Of a stretch of DNA of 64,000 nucleotides, positions 8,823 through 21,094 are shown in pieces. The notes below the pieces were generated by a model. The model did not search any database, was not told where the DNA came from, and was given only the letters and a program-made list of their open reading frames with translations. Position 1 is the first letter of the stretch. Each line of letters starts with the position of its first letter. Where the stretch lies: NCBI GenBank assembly GCA_963796275.1, contig CAWCKY010000006.1, forward strand, positions 1,440,001 to 1,504,000, written 5' to 3'. Made by a program: the position numbers and the translations under genes. Source of the stretch: an uncultured Acidobacteriota bacterium. Its GTDB lineage: Bacteria; Acidobacteriota; Blastocatellia; RBC074.

Positions 8823-11264
8823 TCAATTGAAAGAAACCCTATACTCCTTACCAGCAATCAGCTTTAATTTCACAATACCACCCGCGCCGTCGTCTATCTT
8901 CAGTTCCTTACCTCTCTCCGTTATCGTAGTAATTCGTTGCCCGCTAGGCGGTCTGATCTTCTGTTCGCTATTCACATTAGGGCGCAATTCGACAACCGTC
9001 GCTCTCCCATCCGTCCAGCTAATGTCAACTCCGATAGCTCCGCGGGCGCGCAGCCCCTTGATTGAGCCTTCAGGCCAGGCCCGAGGAAGGGCCGGTAAAA
9101 TCATGATCTCGCCCGCGTGGCATTGCAACAACATCTCCGCCATCCCCGCGGTCCCGCCGAAGTTTCCATCGATTTGAAATGGCGGATGGTTGTCCAGCAG
9201 GTTGGGGTTTGTGGATTTGGCCAGCAAAGCCTGGATGTTCGCGTGAGCGAGGTCGCCTTCACCCAGGCGCGCCCAGAAGTTGATGATCCACGCTCTGCTC
9301 CAGCCCGTGTGACCGCTTCCTGCCTTCAACCGCCTCTCGAGTGAAACCCGCGCCGCCCGCGCCAACTCCGGCGTACCGTGCAATGTGATCTGATTTCCGG
9401 GATGCAGCGCGAAGAGATGCGAGATGTGTCGATGGCCCGGATCGGCGTCATCGTAATCTTCTAGCCATTCCTGCAATTGCCCGTGTTTGCCGATCTGCAG
9501 CCGAGGCAATCGGTCGCGCGCAGCTGCCACCTTCTCGCGAAATTCCACATCGATGCCGAGCAACTGGCTCGCTTCGATGACGCGACCGAAGAGCGCATGA
9601 GTGATTTCAATGTCCATCGTCGGTCCCATGCAGAGTGAGCCGACTGTGCCATCCGGAAGACGGTATCTGTTCTCAGGTGACGTTGATGGGCCCGTCACCA
9701 ACCGGCCCCGCTCGTCTTCTACCAGAAAATCGAGCAGGAACTCAGCCGCCTCCTTCATCGCCGGATACGCTCGCCGAGCCAGGAACTCGCGGTCGCGCGT
9801 GTAATCATAGTGATCCCAGAAATGCAGGCTGAGCCACGTCCCGCCCGATGGCCAGGTGCCCGAGCGTACGCCGTCGATCGGCACCGCGTGTCCCCAGATG
9901 TCGGTATTATGGTGCATCACGAAACCGCGCGCGCCGTAGAGCTCCTTCGCAACCCTGCGCCCGTCTTTGCGCGCGTTGTCTATCAAATCGAAGAGCGGTT
10001 CGTGCAGCTCCGACAGGTTACAGACCTCCGCCGGCCAGTAGTTCATCTCGGTATTGATGTTGATCGTGTACTTGCTCTCCCACGGCGGAGCTAGCTGATC
10101 GTTCCAGATGCCCTGCAGATTCGCGGCCATGGTGCCGGGGCGGCTGCTTGCCATCAGAAGATAACGTCCATACTGGAAATAGAGCGTCTCGAGCGCGATA
10201 TCTGTCGCGCCCGCCTGAACGCGTTTCAATCGCTCGTCGGTCGGCAGATCGGAATGAGGCAGTGGTTGGGGCTGGGGCGCGGCCAACCGGAACTCGACGC
10301 GGCCAAACAGACGTTGATGATCGGCGACGTGAGCTGAGCGAAGGCGCGCGAATGGCTTCTTCGCGGCGCTCCGGGAGAGGACACGATCACATCTTTCCGC
10401 CAACTTGTCGCCGCGAAAACTGGTCGCTGCGGCGAAGAGCAGCGTGGCGGCATTCGCGGCATCGACGACCACCGCGTTGCCTTCCAGGCGCGTGCGGCCT
10501 CCTTCGGCGATCACCCGCAAGACCCCGTGAAACTTGACCCCCACCTTGCGTTCGTCTTTATGTCGTTCGCCGCGCGCGATCGCTTCACCCTCGATTACAA
10601 CTCGATCGGGGGCGACCGCACGAGTCTGGCTGTCCGCTTCTCTTGTTAGAGTCGCCGCGAAAGAGATTCGTTCCGCTTTATCGCAAGTCAGGCGGATAGC
10701 TATCACCTGGTCCACCGCGGAAGAGAAGACCTCACGGGTGTATCGCGCATCGCCGGACTGATAGGTGATGCGGACGATGCCCGAATCCAGGTCGAGTTCA
10801 CGAGTATATTCGCTGAAATTTTCCTGTCCGGGGAATCGCAACCGGAGATCGCCGAGCGGCTGATAGGGAGGGAGCCGCCTCGGGATCGATAGTATCGATT
10901 TTTCAGCGAGCGCCTCCGCCTCTTTGACCTTACCCGATAGCAGCAGGCGCCGGACCTCGAGAACGCCGCGCGCGCCCTCGGGATTGTTGCGATCGCGCTT
11001 TTCGCCCGCCCAGATGGTGTCTTCGTTGAGTTGAATTCGTTCGGATTGAACCCCGCCGAAAATCATGCCACCAAGGCGTCCGTTCCCGATCGGCATCGCT
11101 TCATTCCATACTTCTGCGGGCTGGCGATACCAGATGACGTTAGAGCGGTCGGGCTGATCTGTTGCATTTTGAGATGAAGGCAGAATGTCCGATGCAGCGA
11201 GCGCGGCGGCTCCGGAGCTGAGCAGCTTGAGATACTTACGCCTGGAGATTTGGTTGGTATTCAT
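8823..11264 (-). CDS. Alpha-L-fucosidase-like glycoside hydrolase, GH95, Tat-exported
   Basis: SRRKYLK Tat motif; AMPIGNGRLG, NLQGIWN, YTININTEMNYW, TSPEN, HRHISHL and PPFQIDGNFG. Start taken at MNTNQ. Confidence 0.93.
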   Translation of the reverse strand: MNTNQISRRKYLKLLSSGAAALAASDILPSSQNATDQPDRSNVIWYRQPAEVWNEAMPIGNGRLGGMIFGGVQSERIQLNEDTIWAGEKRDRNNPEGARGVLEVRRLLLSGKVKEAEALAEKSILSIPRRLPPYQPLGDLRLRFPGQENFSEYTRELDLDSGIVRITYQSGDARYTREVFSSAVDQVIAIRLTCDKAERISFAATLTREADSQTRAVAPDRVVIEGEAIARGERHKDERKVGVKFHGVLRVIAEGGRTRLEGNAVVVDAANAATLLFAAATSFRGDKLAERCDRVLSRSAAKKPFARLRSAHVADHQRLFGRVEFRLAAPQPQPLPHSDLPTDERLKRVQAGATDIALETLYFQYGRYLLMASSRPGTMAANLQGIWNDQLAPPWESKYTININTEMNYWPAEVCNLSELHEPLFDLIDNARKDGRRVAKELYGARGFVMHHNTDIWGHAVPIDGVRSGTWPSGGTWLSLHFWDHYDYTRDREFLARRAYPAMKEAAEFLLDFLVEDERGRLVTGPSTSPENRYRLPDGTVGSLCMGPTMDIEITHALFGRVIEASQLLGIDVEFREKVAAARDRLPRLQIGKHGQLQEWLEDYDDADPGHRHISHLFALHPGNQITLHGTPELARAARVSLERRLKAGSGHTGWSRAWIINFWARLGEGDLAHANIQALLAKSTNPNLLDNHPPFQIDGNFGGTAGMAEMLLQCHAGEIMILPALPRAWPEGSIKGLRARGAIGVDISWTDGRATVVELRPNVNSEQKIRPPSGQRITTITERGKELKIDDGAGGIVKLKLIAGKEYRVSFN

Positions 11265-11267
11265 AGT

Positions 11268-11351
11268 TAAACCACAGATCAATGCTATGCGACAGATGAA
11301 CACGGATTCAATCCTTATTCATCCTTCGCATCCGCGCCGATCCGCGGTTAA
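11268..11351. repeat. Imperfect inverted-repeat element (ACCACAGAT...ATCCGCGGTT type)
   Basis: aaccacagat...acagatgaacacggat on the left; atccttcgcatccgcgccgatccgcggttaa on the right. Confidence 0.5.
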
Positions 11352-11535
11352 TGTCAGTGTTCCGATGTTGTTGTGATTCGATTTAGCCCTTTAGGGGCAC
11401 GTTGGCAAATACTAAAGGAATGAGGTGATGGTTACGTGTTTTAGGAAGCAAATAGGGCCAAGAAGATGGAAAAGAGGCAAAATCTTTCGCCTCTTCTCCA
11501 TCTTACTGTGATTCCTTAGTGAAGTACTTTCTATT

Positions 11536-14500
11536 TCAGAACATAAATCTGAATGTCAACTGGATACGGCGCGGGTAATTCGCCTGAGTTCCGGCTGTAA
11601 TCTGCCCGAAGGCTCTCTCAGTCGGAGTCAGGTTTACCTGCCCGGCAGTGAAGAGCAATGGATGGTTGAAGGCGTTCAAGAGCTCTGCCCTAAGCTGCGC
11701 TTCCTTTTCTCCCTCGCCGAACTTTGTTCTCTTCATGATGCCCAGGTCGATGTTATTCGTCCTGGGAGCACGAAGGGAGCTGAATCGCGAGGGGAAGGTC
11801 CGCACATTATTTACGAGTTGTTGATTACTGGTCTTGTTGAACCCTGCCTCAGTGTTGATCCAGCGAGTGAGGGTTCGTTCATCCTCAGGGAGCAGAATAT
11901 CATTGACATCCCCGGTGAAAAGAACATTACCGAAGTTGCCGATGGGAAATCCGTTCTGAAACGCGTAGATGCCGGATATCTGCCAGCCGCTGACGAGATA
12001 CGACGCCACTGAAGATACATTCGAGAAGAATCGCTGGTTTTTACCGAAGGGGAGTTCGTAGATTCCGCTCATCGTAAACCGATGTGGGATATCACTGTTC
12101 GAGATCATCTCCGTGGGATGGGGATCGCCGGCGTTCAAGAGCTCGATCGCTTCCATGAACTTCGAATATGTGTAGCTCATTTCGATCGTGTAGCCCTTCG
12201 AGAATCTCTTCTGGAGGTTTAACTGAAGCGAATGGTACCAGGAGTACCCTTCATTAGTTGTTGTGTTCACGGCGTCGAACTGAGGGTACGGACGAAGCAG
12301 CCTTTGACGCTGGATCCTATCAGCAGTAAAAGCAGTACCCGCATCCGCCGGCATCAACCCAAAGAATGGGTTGGGAACCAGAGTTCTCAGGTAGGAATCT
12401 CTCGCGCCATCCCGCGTCGGAGTTGTGCTCAAATATTGATTGGGTAGCGTATTGATGTTTCGGGTGACCTCGATGTGAGTTCCGCGATTGCCGACGTAGC
12501 TGGCCTCTGCTACGAATCCGCCTGCCAATTCACGCTGAAAACCGATCTGCCAACGCTGGTTATAGGGTGAAAGCGGCTGGGGATTGAAGAATGTAATGCT
12601 CTGCCCGAGGGAGGTTTGAATTCCATTTCCGGCCCCACTTGGAGTCACCAGTCCATTCTGGAATGGATTTGAGAGAGTCTCAATGAACGATACCCCATTG
12701 TTTGTACTAACGTTGAGCGGGGTGTTAGTGGCGAACCCGCTCTGGAAGACATCGCTACGCCGCTGACCCAGGAACCCGAAGAAGATGCCGTAACCGCCAC
12801 GCATCACGGTCTTCTCGTTCAGTTGATAGGCAAAGCCGATCCGTGGCATGAAGTTGTTCTTAGGCGTCGCATACAACCCTCGCGGCTCACCATTCACACC
12901 CGGGAACAAGAGCCCGCCGGGGACATTGAACTGAGTTATCTCAGGCGTAGGGTTGCCAGGAAGAGTAGACTGAGATGCGACAAAGGCAGCTCTCGCCGCG
13001 GCTTCCATCGGCTGGACCGCGTCGAAATCAAAACCGCTTACGCTACGATTGTACCGCTCGGTCATCGCGCCTTCGACCTCATAACGCAACCCCAGATTCA
13101 AAGTGAGTCTGGAATTCACTCGCCAGTCATCGTGAACGAAGAATCCCCACGTTGTAGACGTTTCGGCATAGCTCACAGGCTGGTTAATCATGCCCGACGC
13201 TGGAATGCCCATCAGGAAGGATGCAAAGGAATGACCTAATTGTGGTATGTTGTCGGTGTTGCTCTGGACTTTGGTAAACGTATTATCGAAATTGAAACGG
13301 CCACTCTGGTCATTGCCGAAGAAGCCAGATGTCTCGCGATAGGCGCGGAACTCCATTCCTGACTTGAGCGAATGTTTGCCCAGCGACTTGTTCATAACAG
13401 CGACGACGTTGTGAGTGTCATTTGGCCTGAACTCGCCGCCGATACCTGTACCCTGGTATCCGCTGATATCGATGCGCGGGAAGCGCAGGACCTCATCCGA
13501 GATCAGATTGGCGTACGATGACGGAAATCCAAGCGAAGTCAGGTCGAATCCGCGGCCATCCGGATTCGAATTGATGACGCGGATAAACCTGTTGTAGCCA
13601 TATCTGAAGTTCAGCACCGTGGTCGGGTTCAAGGTGTAGACATCGTCAATGACTCCCTGACGAGAGTAGAACGAGAACCACTCGCCGGTTGAGAGGTTTC
13701 TGTAATAATTGTTGTAGTTGCTGTCCCGGTCGTACCAGCTCACGCGCCCGAATATCCTCTGCTTATCGCTAATTACATGATCTATTCGAATAGTATTCGA
13801 GTAGTATCTTGTCGTTTCGTTCAGGTCCGGCTGCTGAAAGTTATTAGTACCATCGGGAGCCGTGGCGGGCGATGTCGGCAAGGGCATAATGTTGTCGACG
13901 AAATTCCTGGCGACCGGATTGATCAGCGCCGCTGGGATAATGTTACAGGGCAATCCGATGTTCTGGGCTTGCCGATTTTGTGCATCCAACGGCAATGGGA
14001 CTCCCGCGTCGCACCTGAATGGAACGCGCACGACGTTGCCGCCGCTCAGCACACCGCTGTATGGGTTATGAAGCTGAAACTGGGAGCCGATCGCCAGAAA
14101 GTCAGAGAAATCACCATTTCTCATCTTTTCGGTTGGGATTTGAAATATCCCGTTATTTCTCGGGCGAGCTTCCGGGATAGTTTCGAAGCCGTACATAAAG
14201 AATGTTTTATTTTGCCCCTTATACAATTTAGGCACTACTACCGGGCCTCCGATAGTTCCGCCCAACCTGTGGTAGTAGAAATCTCCGAGAGGAATATTGC
14301 CGCGGTTGGCATAATAATCGTTGGCTGATGTGCCGGGCGTAAAGTTTGAGTAGTACGCGCTGCCGTGAAGCTTATTTGTACCCGATTTGATGCTGAGATT
14401 TGTGACGCCGCCTTCGGTGTTGCCGAACTGTGCATCAAAGGTTGCGGTTTGAACTTTAAATTCCTGGACCAGGTCCTGAGGCGGTACGAACGACGAAATG

Positions 14501-15147
14501 ACCTCGTTGGCATTTGCCGTGGCCGTGCTTGCAACTCCGTCAATCGTCAGGTCGCTGCGGTTGGCTCGGGTTCCGTTGATTGAATAGCCGACGATATGAG
14601 TCGGCTCGAATGGCCGGTCTAGCCTCTGATCGCGCGCGAAGTTAACGCCGCCCGCTAATCCGATCAACGCATATGGATCACCGTGCCCGATCGGCAGCTC
14701 CGCGATCCGGCGCGCGTCGACAACTTCACCCATCGATGCATTCGTCGTTTCGAGTGCTGGACCGACCCCTGTGATGGTGACTGTTTCTTCTGCCCCACCT
14801 ACTTCGAGAGCTATTTCCAGTTCGAGAGTGTCGTTAACCCGGAGCACGATTCCTTCGCGAAGGTACTTCTTGAAGCCGGTATGCTCAACCGAGACCCGAT
14901 ACGTGCCGGGGATAAGATAGGGCGCCTGGAAGAATCCGGAATCGTTGGTTGGCACCGAGACCGTCGTACCCATTGCCACGTTGGTTACTTTAACAATGAC
15001 TCCAGGCACTACCGCCTGTGTCGCATCTTTGACGTTGCCTGTGATTGTGCCGCGTGCCTCTTGAGCATTGGCTGATATTGAAAAAATCAGACTTACTAAA
15101 ACCGTTATGACAATTTGCTTTACGGGTCCTGTGTTTCTAGATCGCAT
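11536..15147 (-). CDS. TonB-dependent receptor (Oar-like, N-terminal carboxypeptidase-regulatory-like domain)
   Basis: Signal peptide; [10 protein letters not shown]; VQEFKVQT...[13 protein letters not shown] plug; [17 protein letters not shown]; terminal [12 protein letters not shown]; AGGAG RBS. Confidence 0.92.
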   Translation of the reverse strand: MRSRNTGPVKQIVITVLVSLIFSISANAQEARGTITGNVKDATQAVVPGVIVKVTNVAMGTTVSVPTNDSGFFQAPYLIPGTYRVSVEHTGFKKYLREGIVLRVNDTLELEIALEVGGAEETVTITGVGPALETTNASMGEVVDARRIAELPIGHGDPYALIGLAGGVNFARDQRLDRPFEPTHIVGYSINGTRANRSDLTIDGVASTATANANEVISSFVPPQDLVQEFKVQTATFDAQFGNTEGGVTNLSIKSGTNKLHGSAYYSNFTPGTSANDYYANRGNIPLGDFYYHRLGGTIGGPVVVPKLYKGQNKTFFMYGFETIPEARPRNNGIFQIPTEKMRNGDFSDFLAIGSQFQLHNPYSGVLSGGNVVRVPFRCDAGVPLPLDAQNRQAQNIGLPCNIIPAALINPVARNFVDNIMPLPTSPATAPDGTNNFQQPDLNETTRYYSNTIRIDHVISDKQRIFGRVSWYDRDSNYNNYYRNLSTGEWFSFYSRQGVIDDVYTLNPTTVLNFRYGYNRFIRVINSNPDGRGFDLTSLGFPSSYANLISDEVLRFPRIDISGYQGTGIGGEFRPNDTHNVVAVMNKSLGKHSLKSGMEFRAYRETSGFFGNDQSGRFNFDNTFTKVQSNTDNIPQLGHSFASFLMGIPASGMINQPVSYAETSTTWGFFVHDDWRVNSRLTLNLGLRYEVEGAMTERYNRSVSGFDFDAVQPMEAAARAAFVASQSTLPGNPTPEITQFNVPGGLLFPGVNGEPRGLYATPKNNFMPRIGFAYQLNEKTVMRGGYGIFFGFLGQRRSDVFQSGFATNTPLNVSTNNGVSFIETLSNPFQNGLVTPSGAGNGIQTSLGQSITFFNPQPLSPYNQRWQIGFQRELAGGFVAEASYVGNRGTHIEVTRNINTLPNQYLSTTPTRDGARDSYLRTLVPNPFFGLMPADAGTAFTADRIQRQRLLRPYPQFDAVNTTTNEGYSWYHSLQLNLQKRFSKGYTIEMSYTYSKFMEAIELLNAGDPHPTEMISNSDIPHRFTMSGIYELPFGKNQRFFSNVSSVASYLVSGWQISGIYAFQNGFPIGNFGNVLFTGDVNDILLPEDERTLTRWINTEAGFNKTSNQQLVNNVRTFPSRFSSLRAPRTNNIDLGIMKRTKFGEGEKEAQLRAELLNAFNHPLLFTAGQVNLTPTERAFGQITAGTQANYPRRIQLTFRFMF

Positions 15148-15310
15148 ATCTCCTCCTTGGGGGGTTGAAAATTACTGTCGGTGCAGAGCGCAGCCTGCAA
15201 GAGGGTTAGTCTTATTTACCACTATCCTGTGATTTGATTTCACTCCAATTTCTTACCCAGCAAAGAGTGATATTGGACATCCCAGCGAAGCAATATTTGT
15301 AGATTTGTTT

Positions 15311-16531
15311 TTACGCAACTGCCGGCGCGGCGAAGGCCGGCGCGGCTATCAGTGCCGCGGCGCCGCGCAACCGCGGATAGTCATCGAGCGGAACCGTGCG
15401 GATCTCGGTCTTGGCCGCATCCGGTGAGAGCGCCCGTTCAGCTATAGCCGCGCGCACCGACGGCTCGATCAGATCCCACGCCGCCACAACCTCACCGCCG
15501 ATATAAATCCTGGTCGGGTCGATCGCGTTGACGATCGATGCGAGCCCCAGCCCGAGATAGCGTGCCGTCGCATGAAGTGCGGCTACCGCTTTCGCATCTC
15601 CCGCGCGCGTCCTGACTATTAAATCTTCGATGGTGAACGCGGCTATTTCCGCAGCTACCGGTTTGGACTCGCGCAGATCGCGGCCGAAGTAGCGCGAGAG
15701 CGTCGCCAGGTTGGAGATATACGCCTCCCAGCACCCCGTCGCTCCGCACGAACAGCGCGGCCCGTCTATGCTCAGTGGCAGGTGCCCGAACTCGCCCGCG
15801 ATGTTGTGCCGCCCGCGCAAGACCTCGCCGTTTACGACGATGCCGACCCCGATGCCGTCAGAGACGCTGACGAAGACCAGATCGCCGATCGCCGCTGCAT
15901 CTCCGCGCGTCCCCCACATCTGCGCCAGAGCACACGCCTTTCCGGAATTCTCGACTTCCACCGGGAGCCCCGTCGCAGCGGCCAGCGCCTCCTTTAAATC
16001 GACATTGCGCCACCCCAGCGTCGGAGCGTGAATGATCCGTCTCGTTTGTCGGTCGACCATTCCGGGAACGACAACTCCTATCCCTTCGCACTCGCCGAAC
16101 TCTTTGTTATCGGATAACACCTGTTTGATGCGCTTGCTTAAGTCGGCGACCAATTTCTTCGGTTCACAATCTGTTGGTAAACTGCTGGTCGTCACGAGTT
16201 GGTGGCCCAGAAGGTCCGTTACCTGCAGAAAGGTGCGGCTCACGCGAATGTCGATTGCCACTACACATCGGCGGCGCGAGTCGATATAGAGGAATGTAGG
16301 CTTTCTCCCACGCTGGCTCTCACCCGTCGCCCCTTCGAAGATCAACTTCTCTTCCAGAAGGTCATTCACTATCAGACTGACGGCGCCGCGGTGAAGCCCC
16401 ATAATCCGCGCCAGGTCGGCGCGCGAGATGGGCTGGTGTGTGCGCACCAAATCGAGGGCGATCTGCCGGTTGATCTTCCTCGAAGTCCCACGCGTGGCCA
16501 CCCGGAAATTATTGGGGTTGATCTTTCTCAT
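15311..16531 (-). CDS. ROK family transcriptional regulator (XylR/NagC-like)
   Basis: N-terminal HTH (ISRADLARIMGL), RGRKP, and zinc motif GEFGH...CSCGATGCWE. Start at ATG 16531; alternative GTG 16585. Confidence 0.93.
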   Translation of the reverse strand: MRKINPNNFRVATRGTSRKINRQIALDLVRTHQPISRADLARIMGLHRGAVSLIVNDLLEEKLIFEGATGESQRGRKPTFLYIDSRRRCVVAIDIRVSRTFLQVTDLLGHQLVTTSSLPTDCEPKKLVADLSKRIKQVLSDNKEFGECEGIGVVVPGMVDRQTRRIIHAPTLGWRNVDLKEALAAATGLPVEVENSGKACALAQMWGTRGDAAAIGDLVFVSVSDGIGVGIVVNGEVLRGRHNIAGEFGHLPLSIDGPRCSCGATGCWEAYISNLATLSRYFGRDLRESKPVAAEIAAFTIEDLIVRTRAGDAKAVAALHATARYLGLGLASIVNAIDPTRIYIGGEVVAAWDLIEPSVRAAIAERALSPDAAKTEIRTVPLDDYPRLRGAAALIAAPAFAAPAVA

Positions 16532-16596
16532 CACATTCGACTGTTGATTCCTATGTGATCGTGGGACTTTTGTTTCTTTGATCACATTATCTTACG

Positions 16597-16645
16597 ATAT
16601 TTGTTTCAACATATGACAAATATCCCTATTATTTTAATTTGTCAA
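16597..16645 (-). promoter_or_regulatory. Promoter of the ROK gene with a palindromic operator over the -10 region
   Basis: TTGACA (16645-16640)-17 nt-TATTTG; palindrome atatttgt-N11-acaaatat at 16597-16623. Confidence 0.7.
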
Positions 16646-16664
16646 CATAATTTTTGCCTTAATT

Positions 16665-16700
16665 TTGCCAGATGACGGCAACGTTACCATCATCTGGCAA
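16665..16700 (-). terminator. Strong stem-loop downstream of the receptor gene (no clear U tract)
   Basis: ttgccagatga (16665-16675) pairs with tcatctggcaa (16690-16700). Confidence 0.5.
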
Positions 16701-16716
16701 GAAGTAGACAAGGGTC

Positions 16717-19700
16717 TCAGAAGTAGAATTTCAGGGCGATTTGAACGAACCGGGGAGAATAGCCGGAGCGTTCCGAGGTTACATTCAGAAAACCCCAACG
16801 ATCCGGCGTGTAGGCCTGGCGCAGGCGGTAGAGCTGGAGCCCTTCCAGGGTGGTGATATCGAAAGAATTCGCGTTCATCGAGAAGAACCCTTCCGGCACC
16901 TTTACGTGGAAGAAATCGCGGCGCAACAACTGTGAGTTCGGAAGACGATTATTGATGATGATCTGGTTAATCTGGGCCATCGTATCCAGACCCGCCTGCG
17001 TTGTTCTCGCCGGTCGTCCCGGAGCTGCAGCGGCCCAGCCGTTATATTCTTCGTTGGTCAACGTATTTTCGTTAGGCGCCGCGAATATCTCGCCCGCATC
17101 TTCGATGCCTCCGATGCGGAAGATCGGGTGATTCAAGACATTGATGGCGTCAACCCGCAATTGCAACCTGCGTTTTCCATCCTTGCCGAGCGAGAAGTTT
17201 TTCTGAACTGACAGGTCGAGCGTATGCTGTGCCGGCCCGCGCGCGCCGTCGAACGTGCGGGGCGCGTTGCCCAACTCGCCCTTGATTGGCCGCATAAAGG
17301 CCGCCGGATTGAAATAGGGTTCGCAGAGCTGGCCGACGGGGCAATCACGGTTCCATCGCGGGTTGATCAGGGAAACGCCCGGCACCAGGTCCGGACGTAT
17401 GGTGCGCAGGTTTCCGTTCACTATCCCCAATCCGTTGTCATCGCGCAGGACGAGCACCATCGGGAGGCCGCCTTGGATGCGCCCGACGCCGCTCAGGCTC
17501 CAACCGCCGACCAATCCCTCCACCACGCCCGGCGCGCGTGAGAGGAATGAACGGCCGCGGCCAAACGGGAGGTCGTAGAGAAAGGTGGCGGAGAAGGCGT
17601 GCTTGACATCGAAGAGCGATACCGAACGGTCCAGATACCGCGGAGCGCCCAAATTGACGTAGCCCGGAGATCGAACGTTCGAGTTCACGAACCTCACGTC
17701 TCCCGAGTCCGATGCATCGTCGAGGCTCTTGGCGAAGGTGTAATTGGCCGTGTAGGTCAAGCCTTTGTTGAGCCGGCGCTCCATACTGACTGTGGCGGCG
17801 TGATAGATGCTGTTGGCGGAGGAGTCGTATTGCATGAACAGGTTGGTGTAGCCGAGATATTTGGCCCCGAGGTAGGCCGGACCATAGTTGATCACGGTTC
17901 CATTCGGGTTCAGGCGTCCAAGCGGATCGGGCGCGGGCGGTGTGAAGGGGTTGAGGCCGCGCGACAGATAGATATCCGAGACATCGGCGGGGATCGGATT
18001 GATATTGGTCGGAGGGAGGAAGAGATGCGTACCCTTGCTGCCGCGGTAGGAGACTTCGAGCACCGTATTTCGCTGTACTTCGTAGGCGACCGAGGCGCTC
18101 CAGCTCTGAACGTAAGGGATGCGGGCGTTGGGGGAGACCGCGGTGGCGGCGATGTTGATGCCCGGGAGATAGAGAAGTCCGTCCTCCGGTATGTTGAGGA
18201 ATTGATCGGGGCTTTGTTGGCGCAATACCGGCCGATTGCAACAGATGCGGGCCGCGACGTCTGTGCCCGGATTTTCCACGCGCATATCGAAGGTGCCGTA
18301 TCCGGTGGTGCCTGCGGCGAAGTCCGGCGACGGGTTGCGATTGGAGCCGGTGAGCGGCGCGTGGTAGAGGCCGTAGCCGCCGCGGATTACCAGGCGCCCC
18401 GATTCATTCATGCCGAACAGTTTGGGCAACCATGAGAATCCGAAGCGCGGCTCGAACCCATTCTTCTCGACCGGAAAGATATAACGCGATCGTCCTCCGC
18501 GCCCTGAATAACCGAAGGGCATTACCAGCGCAGTAGAAATCACCCGTCCGTCTGCCAGCGTGACAGGCGTCGGTAACGGGAATTCTTGAGCCAACTCGGG
18601 CAGGAACGCCCCTTGACGATCGTACTTCTCGGTGCGCGGCAACTGCAGCGAGTAGCGCATCCCGAGCTCCAGCGTCAGGTTGGGACGCACCTTCCAGCTG
18701 TTCTGGACGAATCCCGCCGCCGAGTTCCACTGGTAGTAGTAGGGGATCAGTACCTCCCGGAGCGTGGCCAGGCCGTAAACGCCTTGAAGGAATTGGGCGA
18801 ACTCGATCCCGCCGGTGCCATTACCGAGGGAGTTGTTGTTGGTTAGCGTGCGATTACGGTTGAACTCATACCGGCCGCCCGAAGCGCCGAACAGGGGGAT
18901 CGTCTTCAGCCGCTGTTGGAGGAGGTTGACGCCGAACTTCCAGGTCTGATTCCCGCGCACCCACGAAATCATGTCCGTGATCTCGTAGCTGTGCTCGGTA
19001 TTCTCGTTCTGCTGCGACTGGCTGAAACCGATGGACCCGGCCCCAGTGGCTATTTCCGGCAATCCACCAGGTGTGATGCTCGGCAGGCCGATCTCGGATG
19101 AGAAGTTCCGGCCCGTCAGCGCATCGAACGCCGGCGGGAGATTGCGAGTGAATCGGCCGTAGGTGTAGTTGACGCTCAGCTCATTGATAACTCTGGGCGA
19201 AAAGGTGTGTGTATTAGTGAGCAGGACCTGCTTGGCCCAGCTATAGTCGGTGCCGCCGGAATTGAGTTCGTCCCTGCCGATCTGAAAATCGCCGCGCCCG
19301 CGGTCGCCGCGGATCGGAACCTGCGAATAGCGGCCCGTGAGACGATTATTGTTGCTGACCTGGTGATCGATCCTGACGGTAACTCGCTTCTCCAGGTTTT
19401 TGATGAAGTTCGAGCCGAGGTAGTTTCGCACGTTCCCATCGGCGAGAAAATAGTCTCCTGGAGTAGGCAGATATTTCAGAAGACTCAGACTGACCGGATC
19501 GAGCATGTTCTCCGGGATACGATTGCCGGGGAATGGCTCATACATCTGCCCCTCTCCCAAAATGATCCTGGTGAACTGATTCCCATTCACTATCCACTGG
19601 TTGTAGATAGTGGCATCGCGTATCTGCGCCTGCAAACCGAACTGTTCAGCGACATCACGAGGAACATAGCCTCCATTAACTCCTACTACGTTGCTGAAGT

Positions 19701-20737
19701 CGCCGCGCATCATCGCCGGAGTCGGCAGGAGAGAGGTGAATGGGGTGCTGTCATAGTAATAGCGAGGCTCTGCCGCCACGAAGAAGAATGTCTTGTCGTG
19801 GCCGTCGTATCCCAACGGCCCGAAGATCTTTTTGGGCAATTGGACCGGCCCGCCCAAGATGAGGCCGAACTGTTGCTGCCGGCGGAGCGAGTCCGGCCGG
19901 TTGTTCGCATTGATGGTGAAGGGAGCCGCATTTAACGATGGGTTGCGGTGGTACCAGTAGCCCAGGCCATTGTACTGGTTCGTACCCGATTTCGTAGTCA
20001 GATTGACTACGCCGCCGCCCGTCTGCCCGTACTCCGCCGAGAAATTGGATGTCTGTACGGTAAATTCCTGTACTGTGTCGGGCGAGAACGTAACGATCGC
20101 TCGGCCCAGGCCGACCCCCGTATTCCTGGCGCCGTCGGCGAGAATCGATGTGCTGCCCGCGCGCCCGCCGTTGATGTTGACATTGTAGCCGGGCGCGGGA
20201 ATGGCCCCCAGGCTCAACTCCGGGTCTTCGGTTCCGGCGACCCCGGTAGCGCCCGGTACGGTCAGGACGAGGTCGAGCACGCTCCGGTTGTTGAGCGGCA
20301 TCTCTACGATCTGACGCTCTGTGATGGTCTTTCCGGGGGTGCCGGATGCCGCGTTGATCAGCGGCGCGTCGGCCGTGACCGTCACTTCGGCCATCGTCTC
20401 ACCCGGCTCGAGCGTCACATCGACGGTTGCGGTGGTGGCAGTATCGACCTTCACCCTATCTATGACTGCTTTCCGGAATCCGGCAGCTTCAACCGTGATG
20501 CGATATTCGACCGGATTGAGCGATGGGGCGGTGTAGGCGCCGCTCGCTGAAGTGGAAAGACGCAGGGATTCATTGGTGCCTATGTTGATGACGATTACGG
20601 TCGCTCCCGGGATGACAGCTCCAGTCCTATCGAAGACCGTCCCCGTGATGCCGCCTCTGTTCGTCTGTGCCATGGCAATTGATGTGAAGAGAGTGATGAG
20701 TAAGGCTCTTGCGACTAGCAGAATCGAGATACTTCAT
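16717..20737 (-). CDS. TonB-dependent receptor (Oar-like); probable +1 frameshift just after the start codon
   Basis: Same architecture as the receptor at 11536, ending PRFVQIALKFYF. In-frame upstream SISILLVARALLITLFTSIAMAQ is a signal peptide. Removing one A from ATGAAGTATC (ATG 20737, GGAG RBS) restores the frame. Confidence 0.9.
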
Positions 20738-20917
20738 ATGCGAAATCTCCCTAATTTTTATTTTTTTTGTTGGTGCTGTTCTGTGGGTGCCTTGCGTCGA
20801 TGTCTTGGAGAGAAAGCCTAACCAATCAATACTTTTAGCTGCTTTTTAGCTGTACTGATCGGTTACGCCTTTTTGCGGATCCACAAAATCAGCATTTCTG
20901 GGAAGCGTGGCGCCACT

Positions 20918-20946
20918 TGTATACGGCTATATTAGAATTCTGTCAA
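20918..20946 (-). promoter_or_regulatory. Candidate sigma70 promoter for the receptor
   Basis: Minus strand TTGACA-17 nt-TATACA. Confidence 0.55.
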
Positions 20947-21013
20947 CAGAGAATAAGATGATCTGTGATGAGTAGCTCTTGGCTATTTCAAACTGAGATA
21001 TCGAAAAATTGGT

Positions 21014-21062
21014 TTGACAAATTATCACCCAGGGGTTATTTGTCTCGTGATAAAACAAATAA
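21014..21062 (+). promoter_or_regulatory. Promoter of the cupin-pectate lyase operon with the same palindromic operator
   Basis: TTGACA (21014)-17 nt-TATTTG; palindrome ttatttgt-N11-acaaataa at 21036-21062. Confidence 0.7.
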
Positions 21063-21094
21063 TTGCCCGGCAAAATCGTATCAGCGTAAAAATA

